Shown piece after piece: positions 52,446-64,000 of a DNA stretch of 64,000 nucleotides (position 1 is its first letter; every line of letters starts with the position of its first letter). Below the pieces are notes generated by a model that searched no databases, had not been told where the DNA came from, and saw only the letters and a program-made list of their open reading frames with translations. Position numbers and translations under genes: made by a program. The stretch lies in the NCBI RefSeq assembly GCF_001194135.2, contig NC_068989.1, forward strand, positions 36,673,538-36,737,537, written 5' to 3'. Source of the DNA: Octopus bimaculoides (taxonomy: Eukaryota).

Positions 52446-53790
52446 TACATACATGACAGTCTTCTTTCTGTTTCTGTGTACTAAAGCTACTTACAAGTCT
52501 TTGGTTGGCCCAAGGCTATAGTAGAAGACACTTGCCCAAGGTGCCATACAGTGAAACTGAACGTGAGACCATGCAGTTTTGAAGCAAACTTCTAATCATA
52601 CAACCACTAAGTTCTGCTAACATGATGGTTTTGTATAAACTTCATTAAAATACCACTACAAATCTCTCTGCTAAAGGATTTTCTATTGAGTCGTTTGCAG
52701 AAAATATTTTGTTACGCACATTCATGGTTTAATCAACTCCATTTCTAGAACAATTATAATGTAACTTTATAGTTGATACATTTCAGCTTATGCATGCATA
52801 TTTCTCTGTGTACAATGGTTCCAAATATTTCTCTTGATAAAATTAGTTCGTATATTACAATTAATATACATATATATAAGTATATGTATATATAGCAAAA
52901 TGAAAAGTTTTAAATCTAATATTTCCTTGTGTGTAGAGACAAAACAAAGTGTCTTTTTAAAGCATTGAATTACTGTTAGGAATAACTAAGCTATTGTTAA
53001 CAAGGTGGTGTGTACGAGAAATTTCTCATAAGTCACTCTGACAAAAAAATTAAGTTGGTGTATGCATGTGTGTGTATATCTCTGTAATGTTTGTATGTGA
53101 TTGTGTGTGTCTGTGTATCTGTGCATATCTGTGTGTATATGTACGTGTGCATATCTCTGTGTGTATGGGTGTATATCTGTATATGTATGTTTATGCATGT
53201 ATATCTGAATGGGTATTATATCAGTGTTTGTATGTATGTATGTATGTATGTATATACACACACACACACACACACACACATACATGTGTATGTGTGTGTA
53301 TCTGCATGTGTGTTTATGAGAGTATGTCTGTTTGTCTATGGATGGATGTATATCTGTGTATATCTCTGTGGGCATATCTGTTTGTTTATGTATGTGTGTA
53401 TATTTGTATGTTTATGTATGGGTGTATATCTCTGTGGGCATATCTGTTTGTTTCCATATGTGTATATATTTGTATGTTTATGTATGTGTATGAATTAAAT
53501 AGTTGGAATTTTTTGTCTTATTTAAAATCTGTTGTGTGGAGTTTTAGGTCTGTGCAACTATCAATAGACTACTGAATTTGAAAAACAAGTAAAAAAGAAC
53601 ATAGTATAACAACACGGTAACTAATTAGTTTGGTATATTGTAGTTTTTAAATTATATCTCTGTGCAACTCGGGCAGAACAAATACTATACAAGGTATTTT
53701 TATTTAAGCATATTTAAATGTTTTTTTCTTTCTGATGTCTACATCTTTTAGCAATATACATCAGTAAAAGATAGATATATGCACACACAC

Positions 53791-53831
<41 letters not shown>

Positions 53832-55379
53832 TAAAACAAATAACTGGTACTCCATTGGTTACAATGAGTGTTCCAGTTGATCTGATTAATGGAACAGCTG
53901 CTCATGAAATTAATGTGCAAGTGGCTAGCACCCAACAGACATATGTGCTCTTCATGTAATTCTCAGGGAGATTCAGCAAGACACGGAACATGACAAGGCT
54001 GACCCTTTGAATTACAGGCACAGCCCATTTTTGCCATTTGAGCGGACTGGAGCAGTGCGAGATAAATAGTCCTGCTCAAGGACACAAAGTACTGCCAGAA
54101 ATCACTCATGATCGTGTGCGCTGAATACCCTAACCACTAAGCCACATGCCTCTATACACGCACGCACACACAGAGAGGCATGGTTGTGTGGTTAAGAAGT
54201 TTGCTTCCTAACCATATTTTGGATTCAGTCCCACTGTGTGGCACTTTGGCCAATTGTCTTCTATAGATATGAGCCAACCAAAGCCTTGTTTGTAGATTTT
54301 GTAGATGGAAACTGAAAGAAAATGGACATATATCTATAGTGTAAGTGACCATGATCATTATACATGTGGTGTAATCTTTTCTATGTCTGGTTAGGAGGAA
54401 ATAATGCCTTGCTTGGAAACAAGTGTGAGTTGGCAGCATAGGAACAACAGGAAGAGCACCTAGTTGTAGGAAATTTTTCCCAATGAACTCCATGACAGCA
54501 TGGAAAAGTGAATGTTAAAATGCTTTGCAAACTGAATTTGAATGCCATAGTAAAAATCACTGCTCCAAAGTGCTGCTCTGTAGATTGAACTTAGAACTGC
54601 GTGGTTGGGAAGTGAATTTCTGAATTGCACAGCTATGCCTTTTCACATTTCTCTATTTAAAACATTTATACACCCACTAAAATATGTTTTAATCTTTTAG
54701 CATTCAGATAACTTCATCAAATATAATGCCTTATTTTCCCCTTTGTTTTGAATTAATTATCTATAATCACAAAGCTTTGAGGTTTCAATGTGGTGATTGT
54801 TTATTTTTAGAATGACAATGTAGAGTGGGTATGAGAGGTCAGATTTGGCCAGTTTAAACATAAGTCATGTAGAATATTTGGGCTGGACAAGGCTGGTTTA
54901 AATGCTAAAGGGTTAAACATGTAAACATGTATATGCACAATAATAGCAGCATGGTTAAGAAGTTTGCTTTGCAACCATGTGGTTTCAAGTTCAATTCCAT
55001 TGCACGGCACTTGGGGCAAGTGTCTTCTGCTATAGCCCCAGTCTGAGTAGAGCCTTATGAATTTGGTAGACAAAAAAGTATAAGACGCCCATTGTATACA
55101 TCATCATCATCGTTTTAACATCTACTTTTCCATGCTTGCATGGGTTGGATGGAATTATTGAGGCAGATTTTCTTCAGCCAGATGCCCTTCCTGTTACTAA
55201 CTCTCACCTATTTTCAAATAAGGTAATGTGTCCTCATAGCCAGACATGCTTTCATGGAAGATTGTTAATGAAAGACACTACTTGCATAATGGTAATACTC
55301 ATTTACAACTATTACGCAATGTCAAAGCAAGAAGATAGTAACACACACACACATGCACACACATACACACACACACGTG

Positions 55380-56155
55380 TTAAAAAGCACCCAGTACATT
55401 CTGTAAAGTGGTTGGCTTAGGAAAGGCATCCAACCATAGAAATAATGCAAAAGATGACATTGGAGCTCAGTGCAGTCTTACAGCTCATAAGTTCTCTGTC
55501 AGACCATCCTACCCATACCAGCATGGAAAGTGGATGCCAAATGATGACAATGATCATCATCATCATTTAATATCCGTTTTCCATGCTGGTATGGGTTGGA
55601 CGGTTTGACAGGAGCTGACCAGCTGAAGAGCTGTTCAGGCTCCATGTCTGTTTTGGTATGGTTTCTATGGGTGGATGTCCTTCCTAATGCCATCTACTTC
55701 ACAGAGTGTACTGGGTATTCTTACGCAGCACCAGCACATGTGCTTTTTATGTGGCAACAGTACCTATGTACCTGCAAGATTAGGGATGCTCAGCTGGGGA
55801 GGGTTCCAAGGGACGAGCTTGTATGCAACAGCAACCATGCTTTTACTTCGCACAGCAAACGACCAGGAGTCTTAGTCTCCTGTCATCCCTTCTGTGAGTC
55901 CCAATGTCTGTAGATCCTTTCTCACCACTTTGTCCCGCGTCTTCTTGGGTCTATCCTTTCCTCATATTCCCTCTAGAATTAGAGCTTGGTTCCTCTTGAT
56001 GCAACTATCTTCATTCATATGTATTACACGACCATACCAGTGCAGTCTTCTCTGTTGCACACTACATCTGATGCTACGTATATCCAGTTTTTCTCTCAAA
56101 TCACTTACACTCTGTTGTATATGCACACTGGCTACCCATCCAGTGAATCATACTG
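55380..56155. mobile_element. Tail-to-tail RTE pair: + 3' UTR (55380-55553) and - RT C-terminus/UTR (55554-56155)
   Basis: Tails meet at ...ATGAT|CATCAT...; both UTRs match the RTE end. Confidence 0.8.
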
Positions 56156-56199
56156 GCTCCATTATATATATATATATATATATATATATTCTTTCTCTT

Positions 56200-56600
56200 A
56201 TTCTTTTACTTGTTTCAGTCATTTGACTGCGGCCATGCTGGAGCACCGCCTTTAGTCGAGCAAATCAACCCCAGGACTTATTCTTTGGAAGCCTAGTACT
56301 TATTCTATTGGTCTCTTTTGCCGAACCGCTAAGTTACAGGGACGTAAACACACCAGCATCGGTTGTCAAGCGATGTTGGGGGGACAAACACAGACACACA
56401 AACATATACACACACATGCATATATATATATATATACATATATATACAATGGGCTTCTTTCAGTTTCCATCTACCAAATCCACTCAACGCTTTGGTCGGC
56501 CCGAGGCTATAGTAGAAGACACTTGCCCAAAGTGTCATGCAGTGGGACTGAACCCAGAACCATGTGGTTGATAAGCAAGCTACTTACCACACAGCCACTC
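56200..56600 (-). mobile_element. SINE family A head with the alternative 3' module ending ..GCAGTCAAATGACTGAAACAAGTAAAAGAATA; also about 20800-21150 (+), 23230-23600 (-), 27330-27720 (+), 31680-32260 (+)
   Basis: Same head and microsatellite, different tail, well preserved here. Head-only copies occur at about 9220, 10815, 17280, 22560, 34470, 50350, 52209, 52455, 54945, 56650. Confidence 0.8.
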
Positions 56601-57303
56601 CTGCACCTATATATATATATATAGTGCACACACGCACATCATCAAAGTAGGCTTCTTTCAGTTTCTATCTACCAAATCCCCTCAAGGTTTTGGTTGGCCT
56701 AGGGTTGTAGTAGAAGACACTTAACCAAGGTACCATGCAGTGTAACTGAACCCAGAACTGTTTAGTTGGAAAACAAACTTTTTGTCACACAGCCATGCTG
56801 GTGCCTATTATCAATGTATGTGTATGTGTGAGTGTGAACGTTTACATTCTGTGATTACATGAAAAATCACTGAGTTACAGTTGGTTTTGTCTGTTATCAT
56901 TTCACTGTCAACATTGTTTAGTGGCTCTGCACTTTTGAAAATGATTGAAATGAAAATGCTCTTACTTCAAAAGCAGAAGAAAGGGTCTCTGGTTGTATCT
57001 CAGCAATATGTATTCATCTGACTCATGCTAGCCTGGAAAAGTGCATGTAATATGAACTAACAAAAAATTATCATCATCATCATCATCATCATCATTGTTT
57101 TATGTTTACTTTTCCTTGCCTGCATGGGTCAAATGAAGTTTATTGAGGCAGATTTTCTATGGCTGGATGCCCTTCCTGTTGCCAACCCTCACCTGTTTCC
57201 AAGCAAAGTAATATTTCTTCATGGGAACAAATTACTCTGCTTGTAAGACAGTGACAATCATTTACAACTATCATATGATGTCAAGACAAGGAANNNNNNN
57301 NNN

Positions 57304-57335
<32 letters not shown>

Positions 57336-58846
57336 CAGGCTTCTTTCAGTTTCCCTTTACCAAATCCATTCACAAGGCTTTGGTTGGCTTGGAGCTATAG
57401 TAAAAGATAGTTGCCAAGGTGCCATGCAGTAGGATTGAAACTGGATGTATGTGATTGGGAAGCAAACTTCTTAGCCTACAGCTACACCTGCATCTAATGG
57501 TCATACCTCTGCCTAATACAGTAATAGTATTAATTACCATGTTTTATGATAATTATTTTGACAAATTTCCACCAACAACTTTTCTTTACAGTTTCTCTAT
57601 TAATAGTGTTTTGCAGTCTCTGTTGTTGCTTGGATAAAAGCCTCAAAACTGATATGATTCAATAATGTAGTCACTTCATTCTAAGCCATTGTTGAAGATT
57701 AGGAGTTATAACCCCAATATTATTCTGCTACAAGAATAAATGTCTTAACCCTTTAGTATTCAGTCAAATATAATACTTATTTATTTGAACTAATCAAACA
57801 TTGTTTTGTCGCTTTGAGATTTCAATGATGTGATCACTTACTTTTAGAACAGCATTGTAGTGTAGTTGTGTGGGGCCTGATCTAGTTTATATGGAATATA
57901 AAACAGGTGGAATATTTGGGTCAGATATAGCAGGTTTGAATGCTAAATGGATAAAGCATGATATTTAGAAAAGAAAAATGTTTCTTATATCCATATCCTG
58001 ATTAAATTAATTAGTATATTGTATAATTAGTTATCATGAACTAATCAGTAAACATATTGTGTGATTGTTATTGAATTGATTATTTATCATATTGTGTGTC
58101 ATGTGGTTGTTACTTAACTAATTAATTACCATGTTGTGGTGGTGGTGAGCTGGCGAAATTGTTAGCATGTTGAACAAAATGCTTAGTGGCATTTCATCTA
58201 TCTTCACATTCTGAGTTAAAATTCTGCTGAGGTGGACTTTACCTTTCACCTTTTTGGGGTCTATAAAATAAGTGCCAGTCGAGCCCTGGGGGGTGGGGAT
58301 ATCAATGAATTGATGTACTCCTCCCCCAAACTTGCTGGCCTTGTGGCAAAATTTGAAACCAGTTACCATGTTATGTAGTTGTTAGCAAACTAATTAGTTA
58401 TCATGTTGTATAGATGTTAATGAACTAATTATTCACCATGGCAAGTGGTTATTACCAAACAAATTAGTTACCATGTTGTGTGGTTGTTAACCAATTAATT
58501 AGTTACCATGCTGTGTGAGTGTATATGTACATGTATTTGTGTGTACTTTTGTCTTAACATAATGTTGGAGCTTCACCGTCACACAAGTGGTGCTGTTCAT
58601 TTCCAATATTCCATAAGAAATGTCTAGCAATGAGGAAATATTACCTTACTTGGAAACTAGGAAAGACTGGCAACAGGAAAATCATCAGGCTATGCAAAGC
58701 TTGTCTCAACAAATTTTGTGCGATCCATTAAAGCTTAGAAAAGTGACTGTTGCAATGATGATGGTAAGAAACATGAGCACATAAGGAATTGTCAATGAGC
58801 TTCTTTTTCATTTCTGGCTGTGGCTGTTTCTCTTGTTTGTAATAAT

Positions 58847-59357
58847 CCTTAGCCCTTTCACTGTGAAATTAAATTATTGTATTTTAATGTGTATAAGGAA
58901 CCCCCTAATTTTTAGGGCTTAAAATTTGGAAAAGAGGTTTTGTAAGGGATTAGGTTAATTTTGATAAGTGCATCCGCACTTATCGGGTAATGCATTTCAT
59001 TTTTGTGTGGGGAGAGAGAGAGAGAGATGAGAGACTATGGAAGAAAGGATCTTCTATGAAAGAGAATGTTGTACGTCATGGAGATTTGAAGTTCGAGAAA
59101 TTAAGTAATTTATTAATATCTCTAATACTATCCATGTATAAGAAACTCCTATATTTAAAAAAATAATTTCTGACAAAAAAGGGTTCCTTACATACGTTAA
59201 AATATGGTGTATGGTTATTCCTGTAATATCTATTTTCATTAGGTCATGTTGCCTCAATAAAGTTGACATATCTTACCAAAAAATAGTTTCAAACATGACA
59301 TTTCTCAACAAAAGATAGTTTGGTATATGAAACTGATTTCTGCAGTAAAAGGGTTAA
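58847..59357. mobile_element. Larger piggyBac-type MITE with subterminal inverted repeats
   Basis: Termini TTAGCCCTTTCACTG / CAGTAAAAGGGTTAA; internal inverted pair TGTATAAGGAACCC / GGGTTCCTTACATA; small perfect hairpin GATAAGTGC-ATCC-GCACTTATC near 58963. Confidence 0.55.
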
Positions 59358-59454
59358 CAAAACTTATGCCTGTAGTTCAAGAGAGATTCCAGTTTGGTGG
59401 TTGAAATAACATATACAAGAATTGAAAAAGAATAACCATTTAATAATTAGTGCT

Positions 59455-60800
59455 ACCTCTACTGACTTTGGCTGAGCTTGATCTGATTCTCTCAAACACA
59501 ACATGTTAGGTTCTGTTCATAAGGAAACACTTTATCCACTGCAGCAGCTTTCCATGAACTCCAGTGTTCGACAGTTTCTTCAGCAGGATTTTGTAGTCCA
59601 CTCTGTCAAATGCCTTGCTGAAATCAAGGTATATGACATAAGCTTCTCCCAAAGCTTCTAAAATGTCATCAAGATGGTGCAGAAGCTGCAACAGGCAGTC
59701 CCTGCCATCACAGAAACCATGCTGGTTGGGGTTCAGCAGATTGTTGTCTTTGAGGTAGTGGGTTATTCGCGATCTCACCACCCTCTTAAATGCTTTAATG
59801 ATATGAGAGGTGAGTGAAATTGGATGGTAGTTCGCTGCAAGAGATTTGTTTCCCTTTTTGAAAACTGGAATGACAGACTGGGAAAGAAAATGATTAGAAA
59901 TGTAGCCTGTGTCAAGTGAGTTCCTCCAGAGCTCAGCTAGAGGGATTGCAATTTGATATCAGCACATCTTCAGGACAGTGGCCGGGAACCTATCGGGACC
60001 TACTGCCAAGTTGTGCTTGATCTTATTTATTTCTGTTAGGATATCAGGTGCACCAAAAGTTATGTCAGATATAGTTAGTTGAGAGTTTACATCACTGATA
60101 CTAGCCAGATCAACTGCATTAGTGTTACTGAAAACAGAGCAGTATTGCATCTGCAGTATCTTGCACATGGATTTTGCATTGTCGTATAGAGTATTCTCAT
60201 CAACCAGAGAACCAACAGAGGAAACAGCAACTTTTTTTTTTTTTGCAAATGAAAAGAACACTGAGATTGAGTTTTATTTTCTCAGTGGCCCAGTTCCCCT
60301 CAGCTGCTCTTTGTTTGTTAATGATGGTCATCATGCTTTTTTGGAGGTTGTGTTTTTTCCATTCGAGTGATGCAGTGACAGTCAAATGGGTGCATTGCTG
60401 CTGGCAGTATTTAAGTTGGTTGGTTTTCTTGTTAGTTCTTTTTATTTTTTTGATAATTTCTCTTCTATTTCTAGGGATTCTGCACTTAGATTTGTTTACT
60501 GATCTTAATTGGGTATGTTTTGAGCATATATTTGTTAGAGTTTCTACAAATGTCTGCCATGATGTGTTTATGTTGGTGGGGGGGGGGGATGCGTGCATGA
60601 AGGCCCAATCAACTTGTGCAAAATCATGATTGATCGCATCCCTGTCTGCATTATGAAAATCCATAGTGTCCAACGGATGGGCTGGAGAGATGTCATTGGG
60701 TTTGATCTTTGGATGGTAGAATCTCAGATCACAGAGAACCATGTCATGGTCTGAAAGTAGTGGTGTTTTCCCCCCTGCAATATTGTGAATAGTGTCTATC
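59455..60800 (-). mobile_element. CR1/L2-like LINE, inverted 5' segment (end of endonuclease to mid-RT)
   Basis: DTIHNIAGGKTPLLSDHDMV, AVGPDRFPATVLK, IPVFKKG, NYHPISLTS, NQHGF, YLDFSKAFDRV, WIKCFLMNRT*HVV..SSAKVSRG. Confidence 0.9.
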
Positions 60801-61938
60801 TACATCAATGACATAGTAGACTTCATCAAACATTGTACATTGAAAATTTTTGTTGATGATTCCAAGCTCTAGAAGGCCATAAACGGTATGGGAGACTGAA
60901 CATGCCTTCAGTCACATCTGTTTGCTGTTGTCCAATGGGCAGGAAAGAACAATATGCTTCTAAATAAAGATAAGTTTAATATACAGAAATAAATTTATTT
61001 CTCAAACGCGTGATAATGCTATAAATAAATTTATTTCTGTATATTACAATACATCTCAATGCTTCTCAAGACAAACTTTGTTTACTTTCATCGTGAAGAT
61101 AAGTTTAATTTGATCCACTTTAAAAAAGAGGATACTCTGAAACTACCATATGCCCTTCCCTCGGGTGACTCCCTAGTGTCATCCAGAGACCTTGGAGTAA
61201 TTGTTGGTAACAATCTAAGCGGGAGTTCCCATGTAAAAAGCAAGGTTGACTTGGCCCACAAGATGTGTTCCTGGATTCTGAGAACTTTCTGGTCTAGAGA
61301 TGCTCACACCATCCTTCTCTACTCTACTTTTGCTCAACCCCACCTTGAATACTGTTGCCCACTGTGGTCTCCCCACACAAAGTAATTCATTATGAAAGTG
61401 GAAGCACTCCTGAGGTCAATAACAAGAAAGATAGACGACATGACAGGCATTGACTATTGGAGTCAACTAAAAAATCTCAATCTTTACTCTCTCCAATGCC
61501 GCCATGAGTACTGCATCATTTGTGGGATGTGGAAAATATTCCATCAATATTGCACAAATTATGTTGGCATCAATTTTAAAATCCACCCAAGACTTGGTCC
61601 AGTGCTGTCCGCCCTTTAGAAAAATCGAACTCAAGACACACAAGAACATTACAACACAAGAACTTTACCTCAACCGGTCCAGCTCTCTTTAATATTATGC
61701 CAAAATACATCAAAACGGAAACAGATCCTATAAAATTCAAAAGTTCTCTGGACAAATTTCTCCCCCCAAATCCCGGACCAACCTCCTATACCCAGATATG
61801 TCTCCAACAATAATAACTCTTTGCTAGAGTGGGCCATGGTGTCCCATATATGACTGAGGTGTGAATCATGATCTAAAAGATTTCACCAGGTGGTGCTATT
61901 AAGTTAGACATTGCCTGGGCCTATACTGGCTGAAGCCT
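60798..61938 (+). mobile_element. CR1/L2-like LINE, 3' segment in direct orientation
   Basis: IYINDIVDFIKHCTLKIFVDDSKL, RDLGVIV, PHLEYCCPLWSP, NNNSLLEWA, then 3' UTR running into a gap. Confidence 0.9.
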
Positions 61939-62365
61939 NNNNNNNNNNNNNNNNNNNNNNNNNNNNNNAAAAAGCATCCGGTCCACACTGTAAAGTGGTT
62001 GGCATTTGGAAGGGCATTCAGCTGTAAAAACCATGCCAAAACTGACCTCACCTGTGTTGGTGCCATGTAAAAAGTACTCAGCCCACTCTATGGTGTAGTT
62101 GGTGTTAGGAAGGGCATCCAACCGTAAAACTTATGCCAAAACAGATACCGAAGTCTGGTGCAGTCTTCTGCCTGGCCAGCTCCTGTCAAACTGTCCAACC
62201 CATGCCAGCATGGAAGGTGGACATTAAATGATGACAATGATGGTGATGCATTTATTTTCCAAGATTCTTGATGTGAAATTGTGTGTTGAAACAGATATTG
62301 TTATACTTGGGGGATAGTCATCATTTGCCAATTAAATACACACTATATATTTGGTCTTTATTTCA

Positions 62366-62599
62366 GCTTTATTACTATTATTATCATTTAGTGTCTTTGT
62401 TTAAGCTCTTTTGTCACACATCCTGTGATCTCATCAGCAATCCTCTATTCCACGTCTCCACTTGTTCTACTTATTCCATTTCATGACAAAATTGAATAAG
62501 TAGAACAGGAGGAGACGTGTGATACAGAGTTGCTGATGAGATCGCAGTATGTGTGACGAAAGAATGTAGACAATGACACTAAAATAATAATAATAAAGC
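62366..62599. repeat. Diverged inverted repeat, arms of about 110 bp (palindromic MITE-like)
   Basis: 62366-62481 pairs with 62488-62599 around a TCATGA centre. Confidence 0.85.
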
Positions 62600-62681
62600 A
62601 TTTAATAATCTTTTCATCTTGTTTTATTTTTGAAGGTAGAACGCTGATAGTGGAAAGTAATTCCCAAATTACCTCCCCAAA

Positions 62682-62841
62682 ATGATGTCCAGTGAACAGA
62701 GCATCTGTTCTCACTTCCATTTACGCGGCATTGAGTATGTCATTTCAATGATGTATGGAGAAGGAACGGGCAATAATTTCACCATTGAGGTCCTTGACAA
62801 TGGGACCTTGGATGTGTGGTGTGGTACATTTGATGTAGAAT
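62682..62841 (+). CDS. CCDC61: First coding exon of coiled-coil domain-containing protein 61 (VFL3 orthologue), N-terminal SAS6/XRCC4-like head domain; gene continues beyond the window
   Basis: Translates MMSSEQSICSHFHLRGIEYVISMMYGEGTGNNFTIEVLDNGTLDVWCGTFDVE, which aligns by eye to human CCDC61 as I recall it (YVFRGVEHAVRV...LELEVEDRMTADQWRGEFDAG/F). Ends in a strong phase-1 donor GAAT|gtaagt (GT 62842-3). Upstream pyrimidine-rich acceptor ttttatttttgaag| puts the exon start at 62636. The next exon (expected ..IEDLTHKTGNFK) is not in the window. Confidence 0.82.
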
Positions 62842-64000
62842 GTAAGTTTTGTATGTCTATTTTTCTGTTTATTATTTTTTTTCTTTTTTCTTTGGACTTG
62901 CATGAATTGTTCCATATAGCTACATACAATACTTCTTTTGAAAACAAAAAAGTCAATCAAGGATATTTGTTATTTGAATGTCAATTTATTTCATGGGAAT
63001 CTGGTAAATAACATTAATTACTTCACTGTACATAGCTTGAGATTAAATTGATCACCTGATTAAATTAGATTAAAAATTTAAAATTATACAAAATAAATTT
63101 ACTAATTCTAAATGAAAGTTGGATTCAGAAGTTGTTCTGTTCATATTTTTCCTTGGAGAGATTTAAAAACAAAAATGAGGTAAACTGGTTCCATCAAGAA
63201 TTGAAAATAGATCAGACCTTGCTATACGATAATTCACTGCTTGTTTAGCATCCTGCAACCATAATCATGGTCTATGCATTTATTCATGGCATTGTTGCCA
63301 ACCCTTATTGAAACAAAAATGTATGCATGTATCTAAATTGGCAATGATCTTCAATTTGATGAATAAGCAATAACTGTGAAGTTATTTCATTATATTTAGC
63401 TGCAAAGATGGGAGAATATTTTCCTGTTAAGGTGGTAGAATATTTCATCAAAGATTATCCTCCTATGAGGAAATGAAGCAAAAAACACCATAAAAAGAAA
63501 CAATTCAACCAAATTTTGTTAACTTTATTTATAGATACATCATTAGTTATAAATATTTTGATTTTTGTTAACTTTGCTAATGGCATGTGTTTGTAACTCC
63601 TAACAGCAACAATTAGCTACATAGTCAAACTTTGTCAGAGCCATCATATGTGTCCTTTAGAAAAGGCTTTGGTGTAGGTAGCTGAACAACAGGTACCACC
63701 AGTGCTGCCTTAAGATATGGGCATATTGGACAGTTGCCCTAGTGCCCCTTGAGTTCAGGGCCCCAATGCTAATGTATGAATGCTGTGGGCCCTAGTGCAT
63801 TGCTTTGAGTATCCATCTTACAGTTAAGATGGCCCCAAGTTCTACTTGCACTTTACATCTGAGTGGTTAGTTGGTTAATACTGGTTTTTAAACTTCGTAC
63901 TTTTGAGACAAGGGAAAATTTTACATAAACTCTTGATAGTTAGGTAAAATTTCAACTTTGGGTTTGAGTCATACAGGTGACACATGTGTACCCATAGTTT

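Overview
AT-rich, repeat-saturated animal genomic DNA with about 11 assembly gaps. The tRNA-headed SINEs, RTE LINEs with (GAT)n tails, abundant microsatellites and a C2H2 zinc-finger relic look like a coleoid cephalopod, probably Octopus (inference from recalled repeat families, not a database hit). Only one host coding exon is recognisable: the first coding exon of CCDC61 (+, ATG 62682, donor after 62841). Two CpG-retaining zones (about 12.1-16.2 kb and 44.4-46.1 kb) look like promoter regions, but the other genes they may drive could not be identified. The rest is mobile DNA: RTE, CR1/L2-like and R4/Dong-like LINEs, a mariner fragment, hAT-type and piggyBac-type MITEs, Helitron-like elements, a foldback element and several SINE families. 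I found no evidence of a wholly new gene system. The strongest leads concern transposon mechanism: a CR1-like LINE with the geometry of L1-type twin priming, a PHD-type finger inside an RTE reverse transcriptase ORF, a modular foldback element with an 8-bp TSD beside a putative bidirectional promoter, tandem RLE retrotransposons, SINEs that swap 3' modules at an internal microsatellite, and several long hairpins in the putative CCDC61 first intron. All translations and alignments were done by eye, and TE boundaries are approximate unless a TSD is given.
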